Source: a virus
Taxonomy: Duplodnaviria; Caudoviricetes
Virus record (IMG/VR): IMGVR_UViG_3300010412_000015
Span: 1 to 59,727 of that record
DNA: 59,727 bases
Reading direction: 5' to 3' (one strand)
Position numbers and translations under genes: made by a program. Within the stretch, counting starts at the first letter, position 1. Each line of letters starts with the position of its first letter. Below are positions 7,973 through 17,362 of the stretch, one piece after another. The notes beneath the pieces are model-generated. The model was not told the DNA's origin. It searched no databases and was given only the letters and a program-made list of their open reading frames with translations.

Positions 7973-8965
7973 ATGAAGAAGATGAAGGACAACTTCCTGG
8001 AGCGTATGCAGAACCGGCTCGTTGCCAGCGGTCAGAAGGGCCGCAACGACCTGGAGATGCACGACGCCCGAGTCATCGAGACGGGTAACGCCGTCCGTGT
8101 TCTGGCCACCTACTCCGAGCTGTACGGCCCTCCGTCGGTTCACGACATCCAGGCATGGGTGGCGAACCGCATGGGGGCCTTCGCGTCTCAGGTGACGGCT
8201 CGTCTGGACACCGTGCAGGCGTACCCGGAGAAGAACTTCATCACGTTCGTGATCGAGCAGCGCCGTCTCCGCCAGCCCCTCTCGGCCACGGCCCTGATGG
8301 TGAAGGCTGGTCCGGACACCTTCCTCGACAACGACAACCAGCTCTGGGAAGTCGTGAAGGCTGACGAAGGTCCGAACTACATCGTCCGCAAGGAGACGAC
8401 CTCCATCGAAGAGATGCTGAAGGTTCGTCGTGAGGCCCTGCGCGGCGGTGCTTCGGCGCGCAAGCACGTCACCCTCGCCTCGGTGGACTCCATCCCCTCA
8501 GCGGGTGGCGGCTACGCCTCGATGGACCTTGGCGACGTGGTGGACTTCTACCACAACGGCCAGCTCCATCGCGGGAAGGTCCAGAGCGCTGGCGCTGCCG
8601 GCATCCGGGTCTCCAGCCTCACCTCCGGCGACACCTTCACGGTGGACCCGGCGGCCATCACCTCGGTGGTGGAGAAGAGCCCGGCGGCAACCAAGGAGCA
8701 GGACGACATCATGCGGCGCTACTGGTCGCACGTCTACCCGGGCAACCCGGCCATGACGGAGATCATCTCGCCCTCGTCCAGCAAGCCTGTTCAGGACAAC
8801 CGACCTCCACCTGGGGGTGAGCCCCTCCAGAACATCGAAGTCGTGGCCTCGGCGCGGGGGGTTTCTGCCTCTGTCCGCCCTACCGAGCGGGTGCCCGGCA
8901 AGCCGTCGCCGAGCGCCCGAGTCGAGAAGCGCGTGAGCGGGATCGCTCCGGCAAAGCGCAACTGA
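7973..8965 (+). CDS. Hypothetical protein, probably virion-associated
   Basis: 330-aa ORF with strong GC3 bias; precedes a co-oriented gene run. Confidence 0.65.
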   Translation: MKKMKDNFLERMQNRLVASGQKGRNDLEMHDARVIETGNAVRVLATYSELYGPPSVHDIQAWVANRMGAFASQVTARLDTVQAYPEKNFITFVIEQRRLRQPLSATALMVKAGPDTFLDNDNQLWEVVKADEGPNYIVRKETTSIEEMLKVRREALRGGASARKHVTLASVDSIPSAGGGYASMDLGDVVDFYHNGQLHRGKVQSAGAAGIRVSSLTSGDTFTVDPAAITSVVEKSPAATKEQDDIMRRYWSHVYPGNPAMTEIISPSSSKPVQDNRPPPGGEPLQNIEVVASARGVSASVRPTERVPGKPSPSARVEKRVSGIAPAKRN

Positions 8966-9567
8966 TCTCGACGCGAGACGCGACGGCACTGGATGGAGCG
9001 CTCCTCTCGGGAGTCCTGGGTCTTGCTCGCCTGAGCGCGGGCAAGCACAGCCAGGCTCTCAAGGAGAGCATCGGGGCGTGCGCCCTTGCCCTGGATAAGG
9101 GCAGGGTCGAGGGTAAGGTCACAGACCGCCTGGTCCGTGCGACCTTCTCGGCTATCGAACGCTGCACCCCGCAGCTCCGCATCGACAACATTCCCAACCC
9201 TTTCCCTGCTCCCCACAACCTGAGCTGGTACTTCTCGGCGTGCGCCTGCCCGGACGATGTTCGTGCGTTCGCAACTCGGCTGTCCAAGGCCAACAACCGC
9301 GTGTGGTCGGTGGCCCAGGCGGCTGATGGCTGGAAGGTCCTGATCCAGGTGTTCGGGGCTGAGAGCCAGGCCGAAGCTCGCCGCATGGTGGAGCTGGAAG
9401 CCAAGGTCCCCTCCATGGCGCTGAAGCACCATGTGATGGCCCAGGCGGACAACTTCGCTTTCCAGGCGCAGAACGTGGACGAGTTCATGCACGAACACGC
9501 CCGCAAGCTGCTGGAGAAGCAGGGTCGCGGCCACTTCGTCGAGCTGACACTGGCTCGGAGGTACTGA
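8962..9567 (+). CDS. Hypothetical protein; 5' part lacks a standard start
   Basis: Frame of track ORF 9301..9567 is open back to 8821 and looks coding (GC3-rich) from about 8960. Confidence 0.55.
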   Translation: MISTRDATALDGALLSGVLGLARLSAGKHSQALKESIGACALALDKGRVEGKVTDRLVRATFSAIERCTPQLRIDNIPNPFPAPHNLSWYFSACACPDDVRAFATRLSKANNRVWSVAQAADGWKVLIQVFGAESQAEARRMVELEAKVPSMALKHHVMAQADNFAFQAQNVDEFMHEHARKLLEKQGRGHFVELTLARRY

Positions 9568-10475
9568 TGACGACTCCCGCAGCCAAAGCCCTGGACAAGA
9601 TCATGGGCATCAAGAAGACCAAGGTGAAGGCGTCCAAGTTCGACATGATCGTGGACGCAATCATCCGGTCCATGGGTCAAACCGGAACCCATGAGCAGCA
9701 GGTGGCGAAGGCCCTCGGAATCCCACAGCGGGAAGTCGAGAAGGTGGCCGATGCCCTGGTGCGCTCGAAGATGCTCATCCGTGTGCCGACGGGGGTTCTC
9801 TTCCTCCATCCTGAGTACAATCCATCTGGTGGGCCGCCGCTTCCGAAGCGGAAGCGGCGACTGGGAGCCTCGGCGGAGAAGCCCTCTTCGGTTCTCGCGG
9901 CTCTCGACCAGGTGACCAAGCTCCAGGCCAAGCTCCTCAAGGACACCGAGCCGGTGGAGGACAGCCCCGTTCTGTCGGCCCTGGCCCAGGTCACCGAGGC
10001 CGCTGAGGGTCTGCTCTCTGCTGCCAAGGATTCTGGCGACTCCAAGAAGGACAAGGACCGCGCAACCAAGGTTCAAGAGCTGGTCGCCATGGCTGAGACC
10101 CTCTGTGAGAACGTCGATCTCAAGGGGTTCCCTGAGGCCAAGGCTGCCTGTGACGCGGTGCTATCCCTCAAGGACATGAACACCAAGCTCACCGAGGCCC
10201 AGATCAAGCTGAAGGCCGCCCCAGGTAACACCGAGGAGGCTCAGCAGGCTCAGGAGACCATCGACGCTCTGCGCGGGAACCTCGACACGATGCTGCCTCC
10301 GCTCGAAGCGACCATGAAGACCATGGAGACCCTGCTCATGGCGGCTTCTGCTCTCGAAGAGCAGTTCGCCATGATGTCCGAGCAGGTCAAGGGTCTGGAG
10401 GACAAGCTCAAGGCCGACAAGGAGCGCCTCGCGGCGATCTCCAAGGCGGTCGAGCAGGCTGCCAAGATCGGTTGA
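9567..10475 (+). CDS. Coiled-coil protein with an N-terminal winged-helix-like segment
   Basis: QQVAKALGIPQREVEKVADALVRSKMLIR, then Ala/Glu/Lys-rich heptads. Confidence 0.6.
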   Translation: MTTPAAKALDKIMGIKKTKVKASKFDMIVDAIIRSMGQTGTHEQQVAKALGIPQREVEKVADALVRSKMLIRVPTGVLFLHPEYNPSGGPPLPKRKRRLGASAEKPSSVLAALDQVTKLQAKLLKDTEPVEDSPVLSALAQVTEAAEGLLSAAKDSGDSKKDKDRATKVQELVAMAETLCENVDLKGFPEAKAACDAVLSLKDMNTKLTEAQIKLKAAPGNTEEAQQAQETIDALRGNLDTMLPPLEATMKTMETLLMAASALEEQFAMMSEQVKGLEDKLKADKERLAAISKAVEQAAKIG

Positions 10476-10487
10476 TAGGGAGACCTC

Positions 10488-11486
10488 GTGGACGGGCGGA
10501 CGCTGGATGAAGTCGTCAAGGCACTCCGCTCCGCCGTCCGCGCCCTGCGGGCAGCGGAGAAGGCCCTCCTGCACTCTCCGCGCGACGAGGCTGCCCCTGT
10601 TCGTGACTCGGAAATCGCGAACGAGCCGCCTGCGCCTCAGGTAGACCCGGCCGAGAAGGCCCTGATGGACTACCTGTCGGCTGCCGCCGAACACGCCAAG
10701 CTGTTCGAGGAGCAGGACCCTCAGTCCTTTCGAGCCCAGTTCGAGCCCATGAAGAGAGACCTCCATGAGGCGGTCCTCAAGGGCGACATGTACCAGGTCG
10801 GCCCGGCTGGCGCTGGCATGATCTCCTTCGACAACACACCGGGCACTACGCTCTACGAACAGTGCCTGCGGGCCATGCGAGCCAACAAGCTCCACGCCGG
10901 AGACCTCGTGGCTCCCTACGTCGAGCAGCCTCAGATCAAGAACTGGGGCGACGTGGACTCGGACTGCGACCTCGTGTTCATGCGGTACGAGACCCCCGGA
11001 ACGGTCACCGCTCATCTCAATGAAGGCAAGCTCAACCAGCTCATGGAGGCTGCTCGGCGCGTGCCGGGGGCTGTGGATCGCTGCCGTTCAGCCCTGACTG
11101 CCCAGGGCGTTGTGTGGGAGGTGTCGGACCCCCGCACGGGCAAGCTCGCCTGCGAGATGCAGGTCTCGGGAGTCGAGGGCAAGTGGGCCGCGTGCCTCGA
11201 TGCCAACCAGGTCCTGGCCGACGTAGTGGGCCGGCTGGCCGTTGTCGAAGTGGACTACGACAACAATCAAGAAGGCTGGTGGGACGCCGCCCGCATCGAC
11301 CGCAGTCTTCCTCAGCAGCTTCTTCCCATCATCCGTGGGAAGGAGAAGAGCATCATCTGCCACCGTTCTGAAATCGACAAGATTGAGGACTGGGCGGCCA
11401 CCATGCCTGGCTGGTACGAAGGAACCGAAGAGCACCCTACACCATTGGTCATCAGGGATGCTGTCACGGATGATATTCTGAACTGA
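10488..11486 (+). CDS. Hypothetical protein with a weaker copy of the shared leader
   Basis: MDGRTLDEVVKALRSAVRALRAA; RBS GGAG upstream. Confidence 0.65.
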   Translation: MDGRTLDEVVKALRSAVRALRAAEKALLHSPRDEAAPVRDSEIANEPPAPQVDPAEKALMDYLSAAAEHAKLFEEQDPQSFRAQFEPMKRDLHEAVLKGDMYQVGPAGAGMISFDNTPGTTLYEQCLRAMRANKLHAGDLVAPYVEQPQIKNWGDVDSDCDLVFMRYETPGTVTAHLNEGKLNQLMEAARRVPGAVDRCRSALTAQGVVWEVSDPRTGKLACEMQVSGVEGKWAACLDANQVLADVVGRLAVVEVDYDNNQEGWWDAARIDRSLPQQLLPIIRGKEKSIICHRSEIDKIEDWAATMPGWYEGTEEHPTPLVIRDAVTDDILN

Positions 11487-11501
11487 ACCGGAGAAACCCG
11501 C

Positions 11502-13088
11502 ATGTCCAACACTGACCTTCAGGCGGCCTTTGCTGCTGTTGACTCCCTCGTGTCGGCCAAGAAGGCCACGGCCAAGAAGAAGGCCAAGACCAAGAAGACG
11601 GGCAGCATCCCCGGTGCTCGTCTCAAGAAGAAGACCTCGACCGCATCGAAGCAGGCCAAGACCAAGAAGCGGTCGAAGACCCGTGCTTCGGTGGTCTCAG
11701 CCAGCAGTGGACACCACTTCTTCGACGGCAAGAACTACTACGTGGACACCGCGTTCATCAACTCGCTGAGCCGCTTCTGGCCCGAGGCGTATCGCGGTCT
11801 GTCCCACATGGGCTTCGGTGAGTTCGTGGCCAAGCTGCCTGACGGCACCGAGATCGAGTTCGACAAGATGCGGGGCAAGGACTTCCCCGGCCAGAGCGGG
11901 CGGTCTCACCAGGTCTACGACAACAAGAACGGCAAGGGCGTCGAGAAGATGATCCAGCTTGCCGAGCAGAAGGGCGCGTCCGAACTGGTGAGCGCGGCTG
12001 CGGTGTCTGCTGGTGCTCCCCGTGTGACCCCCAAGCAGTTCAAGGGCTACGTGAAAGCCCAGCGAGAAGGCATCTCCTTCAACGACAACTACAACAAGGA
12101 CAAGTTCGGCATCACGATGGGCGTGTACAACGTCATTCGGATGTGCCTGGAAAGCATGGCGGGGACTAGCAGTCCTCGCGGCGCTTCGCTCAAGCAGATC
12201 AATGACTTCCTCGCGGGAGACAAGGTTCAGCTCGCGCGTGCCCACCCAGACCTTCTGAAGAAGGCGGAGCAGGTCCTGTCCGGCGCGGCAATGCCTGCCA
12301 AGGCGGCCGTGAAGGCCAGCCTTAGGTCGCTCCGCTTCATCTCCGACCCTGGCCATGGCTGGCTGGAAGTTCCTGTGTCAGAGCTGAAGGCCCTGGGCAT
12401 CGACAAGAAAATCTCCCACTACTCCTACCAGAAGGGTGACATGGCCTACCTGGAGGAGGACATGGATGCTGGCATCTACCTCGATGCCCTGAAGAAGGCG
12501 GGCCTGTCCGAGCCCAAGATCGAAGAGGTCTACCAGCGGAACACGCCGATCCGGCACTACCGCTCGTTCTCTGCCTCGGTGACCAAGGCCCAGTCTTTCA
12601 CTACGCGGCCGAACCTGCGGGCGCTGAACAAGCTCATCGTCCGTGGTCTCATCTCCGCCGAGGAAGTCGTCCTCGCCATCGAAGAGGCCCTCGTCTACAA
12701 GCGCATGAACCGTCGCCTGGCGGCTCTCATCGCCGACAAGCTCCGCGAGGTGTTTGGCGTCGGCGAGGTGCTTGACCTCGGCGACGTGCCTCTCGCTGCG
12801 GGAGCGAAGACGAAAGCCAAGGCTGTTCGAGCCGGCGGGGGCAAGATCGTTTTCTTCGAAGACGGCTTCCGTGAAGTCTTCGGCGGTGGGGTCTACGACA
12901 CGAACATCATCGACCACCGGAACCCGAAGGCTGTGCAGAAGGCGGCAATCTACGCCCTCAACAAGCTCAAGGGAAAGCCGAACCTCACCTACTCGGAAGT
13001 CATCGACTTCGTGAACGAGACCGTGGCGAAGATGAGCCAAGGCAAGTGGACCTACGTGCGCTGGAACTCCAAGTCGTACCCCGACTGA
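11502..13088 (+). CDS. Multidomain, polyprotein-like protein
   Basis: Lys-rich N-terminus and several small globular segments (one with DPGHGWL...YLEEDMDA) joined by Ala-rich V-x-A linkers. Confidence 0.65.
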   Translation: MSNTDLQAAFAAVDSLVSAKKATAKKKAKTKKTGSIPGARLKKKTSTASKQAKTKKRSKTRASVVSASSGHHFFDGKNYYVDTAFINSLSRFWPEAYRGLSHMGFGEFVAKLPDGTEIEFDKMRGKDFPGQSGRSHQVYDNKNGKGVEKMIQLAEQKGASELVSAAAVSAGAPRVTPKQFKGYVKAQREGISFNDNYNKDKFGITMGVYNVIRMCLESMAGTSSPRGASLKQINDFLAGDKVQLARAHPDLLKKAEQVLSGAAMPAKAAVKASLRSLRFISDPGHGWLEVPVSELKALGIDKKISHYSYQKGDMAYLEEDMDAGIYLDALKKAGLSEPKIEEVYQRNTPIRHYRSFSASVTKAQSFTTRPNLRALNKLIVRGLISAEEVVLAIEEALVYKRMNRRLAALIADKLREVFGVGEVLDLGDVPLAAGAKTKAKAVRAGGGKIVFFEDGFREVFGGGVYDTNIIDHRNPKAVQKAAIYALNKLKGKPNLTYSEVIDFVNETVAKMSQGKWTYVRWNSKSYPD

Positions 13089-13121
13089 GGTCGAGGTATT
13101 ACCTAGGCCAACGAGGGCGAC

Positions 13122-13328
13122 ATGGGTGATTCAGCAAGGAATCTTCCGCCAGAGGAGGACGAGACGATGCGCGGCGCCGATGAAGCGGTGGGTACGCTGA
13201 ATCGTTCAGTGGAACTCTTGCGTCAGAAAGCCGCCCGTCTCGTCCTCTTGGCCGAGCCCTTGCGAAAAGAATGCAGCGAGACTGCCGAGCTGGCACAGCG
13301 GTGCGAGGAGGCGGTTCAGGACATTTGA
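13122..13328 (+). CDS. Small hypothetical protein
   Basis: 68-aa ORF in operon context with RBS GAGGG. Confidence 0.45.
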   Translation: MGDSARNLPPEEDETMRGADEAVGTLNRSVELLRQKAARLVLLAEPLRKECSETAELAQRCEEAVQDI

Positions 13329-13329
13329 G

Positions 13330-13875
13330 ATGCCACGAAAACCGCCTTCCATTGAGCTGACTGAAAACGAACTTCACGGCATCAACAAGAGCTTTGACGC
13401 CTTGAATGATGCGCTTGATGAGCTGGAAAGCTCTGTGCAGCGCAACGCCGTGGACCACGCGGCCATCAAGACGAAGCTCGAAAACGTCCTCTTCCAGCTC
13501 AAGGGACTGGCTCAGACCGTCTCTGGGGACCAGGGCCTCGTTGCCCGTGTCCTTGTTCTGGAGAACCGGTTGCGCATCGCCGAAGAAGAGGTCGAGAAAA
13601 AGGCGCAGGAGATTCGAGACGAGCTGAACCGAGAGGTGGCGGCGCTCAAGGCCAGCGTTGAAGACATCCGCAAGGCCCAGGAGCAGAAGACTCAGCAAGA
13701 GCTTCAGGAGGTCAAGGGTCAGCGCAAAGATGGCCGGGACTATCGTGTGGCGCTCTGGGGCGCGGTAGTCTCAACGGTGGCGGTGCTCATCACGATTGCT
13801 CTGTTCGCGATTCAGAACTGCTCGCCGAAGAGCGGCGCAGAGGCTACTACCACCGCTGCCGTGAAAGAGAAGTGA
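13330..13875 (+). CDS. Coiled-coil membrane protein
   Basis: Long heptad region followed by a C-terminal transmembrane segment. Confidence 0.6.
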   Translation: MPRKPPSIELTENELHGINKSFDALNDALDELESSVQRNAVDHAAIKTKLENVLFQLKGLAQTVSGDQGLVARVLVLENRLRIAEEEVEKKAQEIRDELNREVAALKASVEDIRKAQEQKTQQELQEVKGQRKDGRDYRVALWGAVVSTVAVLITIALFAIQNCSPKSGAEATTTAAVKEK

Positions 13876-13878
13876 CGC

Positions 13879-14616
13879 ATGGCTCTGTCTAAGTCCAAGA
13901 GCAGGAAGTGCCCCGTCTGTGTGGGCTGTACTCCATCAAAGGTCAAAGAGGTCAACCAGGCCCTGGAGCCCGTCCTGGCGGATGTGAAAGCCACCGGTGA
14001 GATCCCCAAGGCCAATGATCGTCGGTTCGACTTGGTGGCGAACGCCGTCGGCCTCGCTCCGCACTCCCTCCGGTTTCACCTGAAGGAGTGCCTGCTCGAC
14101 CTGGAGATTCAGGACCAGCGCTTCCAGGAGCTGGTGGACCTGACCGAAGCGCTGAAGACCGCCAAGCAGGAGTACATGGCCAACCCGTCGATGCAGCAGG
14201 CAACGGCGTTGACCTCCATCCTCACCCAGTGGCGGGGCCTGGCCGAGGACATCGAAGGCCAGCAAGACCCGGCCGTCACCGTGGAGTTCATGGTCGAGAC
14301 GGTGCTAGGGCCGCTGAACCGGAAGGTCCTGGTTTCGATGACCGAGGAGCTGAAGGAGCTTCGGTCATCGCTGGAAGCCTTCCTCCCTCAGAACCATCGG
14401 CCCTACGTGGACTCTCAGATCAAGGCCGTCCTCTCCCGCGTAGCCTCAACCCTTCGCGAATCGACCGACGAGAGCCTCAAGGCTATGTGCGACTACTACA
14501 AGGTGGAGCTGGAGGCACAGTCCAGGAAGCGGGCTCTTGACTCTACCACCCCAACAAGTGCGCCTCTCTTTGGTTCTGCGGGACAGTCTTCTGAAGACGA
14601 TCCCGCAATCCATTGA
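13879..14616 (+). CDS. Zn-binding HTH protein, possible terminase small subunit
   Basis: CPVC...VANAVGLAPHSLRFHLKEC N-terminus followed by helical region; function inferred. Confidence 0.4.
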   Translation: MALSKSKSRKCPVCVGCTPSKVKEVNQALEPVLADVKATGEIPKANDRRFDLVANAVGLAPHSLRFHLKECLLDLEIQDQRFQELVDLTEALKTAKQEYMANPSMQQATALTSILTQWRGLAEDIEGQQDPAVTVEFMVETVLGPLNRKVLVSMTEELKELRSSLEAFLPQNHRPYVDSQIKAVLSRVASTLRESTDESLKAMCDYYKVELEAQSRKRALDSTTPTSAPLFGSAGQSSEDDPAIH

Positions 14617-14624
14617 GGCCAACC

Positions 14625-14972
14625 ATGGACAAGAAGACCAAGCAGCAGGTGGCGAAGGTGCTCCTTCGAGCGGCCACCTCTTTGGTGGAAGGGCGCCAGA
14701 GCCACGACCTCCGGGCAGTCCTTTCCCCTGCCGCGATGAAGGCCGCCAAGGCGCTTCATCTCGACCTGCCCAGGTCCGTGCCTGTGGACATGGCGGCGCA
14801 GTTCCTGCGGACCCTCTACCAGGCCCAGAACGCGGCCATGAAGAGCTTCTACACCCGGGCCGACCCGGCTTCGCTGGAACGCTCTGAGACGCTGCTGGTC
14901 ATCATCGAGGACTTGGAGCCGCAGGTCGAAGGCGCTGGCTTCTCCCTGGCCAAGCTGTCGCGGGGACACTGA
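14625..14972 (+). CDS. Hypothetical protein with the shared leader
   Basis: MDKKTKQQVAKVLLRAATSLVEG; RBS GAGG. Confidence 0.65.
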   Translation: MDKKTKQQVAKVLLRAATSLVEGRQSHDLRAVLSPAAMKAAKALHLDLPRSVPVDMAAQFLRTLYQAQNAAMKSFYTRADPASLERSETLLVIIEDLEPQVEGAGFSLAKLSRGH

Positions 14973-14973
14973 C

Positions 14974-16185
14974 ATGCAGGTCCCCTCCACCGTCCAAGGT
15001 CTCCGGAACGTCCTGCGCTCGCTCGGGTACACGGACGTGCTGACCGGTCTCGACCTGTCGGACCCGGGGGCCAAGGACCACTGTCGCGAGCAGATTCAGT
15101 GGGCTTTCGACCAGTCTGCCCAGACCTCGCAGGACGCTGCGCGGTGCAAGAAGGCGCTCAGCTACATCGATCGGTTTCCCTGGCCGAGCCAGGAGACCGA
15201 CAACATGTATGGCCTCAACGCCGAGTACGGTCCCATCCTCCGGGCTGTGGACGAGCTGCGGGCTCTTCTTGAGGAGGAACAGATCCTCCGCCCTGTTGAG
15301 GTGACCAACATCGAGGAAGACGAGGACGGCGAGGCGCAGACCATCACCATCACCACCGAAGAGCTGGTTGATGCCGCCCTCACCATGGACCTGCCGTTTC
15401 TGCCCGAGATCCCACTCCCGGAGCTTCAGAAGCTACTCAAGAAGTTCAAGCCAAAGCCCCGTGAAACCATCAGTTATCTGAACAAGACCATCAACGTCAT
15501 CCCATGGGTCAACCTGAGCAAGCCGGGTGCTTGGGACGACGCCACCAAGACGGCCATCGTGAACACCCAGGATTTCTCCTGGTATGGACCCTACTCCAGC
15601 CCCGCCTCGGCCACCCGTTCCGCTTGGCACATCGCAACCAAGGGCGATAACCAGAAGAGGCGGGTCCCGATGGACCGGCTAAAGCTGGTCCGGTGGGCGG
15701 ACTGGACGCCGGCTCATGCGAGCTTCCCGCACCTGAGCAAGATGCACCGAATGACGGCGCGCAAAGCCTCTGCGGCTGTGCAGCGTGAGGAGGCGTCCAA
15801 GGAGTCCCTGGACGCCTACATGAAGGAGTTCTGGGCCAAGACCGAGGGCAACTTCCTCGACCCGAAGAGCCGCATCTACTCGGACATGTGGCTGGAGCTG
15901 CGGCCGTTCGCCGGGGCCATCCACCTGTCGTTCATGCTGACCATGGAACAGGGCCAAGGGAACGCCCACAAGGCCATGAAGTTCATGACCGACCTGGCCG
16001 ACAAACACGGGGTCCCGATGGACCTCCTGGCCAAGGCTACTGGGAACCTCAAGGGCAAGATGACGACGGCCCAACTCAAGAGGTTCTACGCCCGGTATGG
16101 GTTCCAGATCGAGCGCGGCAACAACATGTACAGGCCGCCACGGGGTGGGGTGAAGGACCCGGTGAACACGGGGCTGTGGGGGTAA
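14974..16185 (+). CDS. Multidomain protein with a C-terminal GNAT acetyltransferase-like domain
   Basis: QGQGNAHKAM (motif A-like) and QLKRFYARYGF (motif B-like). Confidence 0.6.
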   Translation: MQVPSTVQGLRNVLRSLGYTDVLTGLDLSDPGAKDHCREQIQWAFDQSAQTSQDAARCKKALSYIDRFPWPSQETDNMYGLNAEYGPILRAVDELRALLEEEQILRPVEVTNIEEDEDGEAQTITITTEELVDAALTMDLPFLPEIPLPELQKLLKKFKPKPRETISYLNKTINVIPWVNLSKPGAWDDATKTAIVNTQDFSWYGPYSSPASATRSAWHIATKGDNQKRRVPMDRLKLVRWADWTPAHASFPHLSKMHRMTARKASAAVQREEASKESLDAYMKEFWAKTEGNFLDPKSRIYSDMWLELRPFAGAIHLSFMLTMEQGQGNAHKAMKFMTDLADKHGVPMDLLAKATGNLKGKMTTAQLKRFYARYGFQIERGNNMYRPPRGGVKDPVNTGLWG

Positions 16186-16188
16186 GCG

Positions 16189-16617
16189 ATGGACCAAGAC
16201 GAGATCATGCACCTGTACAAGCAGACGTTCAACGCATGGAACGTCCTGCTCATGGTCTGCACTTGGGTTGGTCTCCGCATCGCGCGGGAGGTCCTGCCAG
16301 AGCTGTTCGCCAAGCAGCCCGTGGAAGCCCCTCTCATCCGAAAGCTCCCCCGCCGGCTCATGCCCGTCTATCCGGTCTGGATCTGCACCTTCTGCTACGT
16401 CGCAGTGCCGGGTCCATGGATCGACCCATCCTTGAACCTGGGCCAAAAGCTGATGCTCGGTCTGCTGTGCGGCTTCGTGGCCGGGCACTCCCACGCGATG
16501 CTCGCCAGGATGCTACCAGAGCCCATGAGGGCGCTTCTCATCGACGGCGTAGAGGCGAGGAAGGTCCATGCCCCTCAGCCCGTTCCCGTGGCTGAAGAGC
16601 CGTCTCAGAGCCCATAG
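16189..16617 (+). CDS. Small multi-pass membrane protein (holin-like)
   Basis: Two to three hydrophobic segments in 142 aa. Confidence 0.45.
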   Translation: MDQDEIMHLYKQTFNAWNVLLMVCTWVGLRIAREVLPELFAKQPVEAPLIRKLPRRLMPVYPVWICTFCYVAVPGPWIDPSLNLGQKLMLGLLCGFVAGHSHAMLARMLPEPMRALLIDGVEARKVHAPQPVPVAEEPSQSP

Positions 16618-16630
16618 CGGGCCGGAGGAC

Positions 16631-17362
16631 TCAGGTCAGCGAGTCCACACCGAAAACCAGGCACATGTCGTACCAGAGCCGGAGCTTGTCCTTGGGCGAC
16701 AGTTCTTCCAGGCCCAACGCAGGATTCTCCGGCGGAAGCCTCTGGTCTGGCGGGTACAGCTTGTCTTGGACCATCAGGGTCAGGACGGGCTTGTTGTCCA
16801 GGGGACGGAGCGAGTGACTGGCCGCTGGATTCAACATGGCCCAGGAAGATCCTGGTCCCTGATGGGTGACTACCAGGTCTCGTCTTGTCCCTGTTCCCAC
16901 CTGGTGCTCGTAGCGACCAGCCAAGATTTGTACGGCAGACGGACAGTCATGAGTATGGAAGTCCGGTTCCTCGGTCTCTGAGAGAGGGTGAACTCGGTGA
17001 AGAACGATGCGGTATTCGCGTCGTAGACCCCGCCAGCGCATCTCCTCCATCCAGAACAGCCGTTCCAGCCGAGGCGGTTGATGCTTGATGTCCAAGCTCT
17101 CGAAGGCTTCCGGCCCACGGGAGAGGCGAGCTTTCGCCTTCTCATACGCCTGAGGCAGGATTCCAAGAAGCCACTCATCGGCCTCACCCCAGTCTTGGCT
17201 GGGGTCGTATGGGACTTCAGGGGAAGGTCCAACGGGTCCCTGTTCTGGTGGCGCCTCGACTTCGCCCAGGCCGCCACAGGTAGCACAGATGATCCAACGG
17301 ACATCGCCATCTGACGTGTCGTCCCGTCCTTTTGAACCGCGACAGCTTGGGCAGACTCTCAC
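16631..17362 (-). CDS. DnaJ-type Zn-finger plus cupin-like protein
   Basis: GTG start overlapping the upstream stop; CPSCRGSKG...CATCGGLG; DFHTHD...GRYEH...HSL cupin pattern. Confidence 0.55.
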   Translation of the reverse strand: MRVCPSCRGSKGRDDTSDGDVRWIICATCGGLGEVEAPPEQGPVGPSPEVPYDPSQDWGEADEWLLGILPQAYEKAKARLSRGPEAFESLDIKHQPPRLERLFWMEEMRWRGLRREYRIVLHRVHPLSETEEPDFHTHDCPSAVQILAGRYEHQVGTGTRRDLVVTHQGPGSSWAMLNPAASHSLRPLDNKPVLTLMVQDKLYPPDQRLPPENPALGLEELSPKDKLRLWYDMCLVFGVDSLT

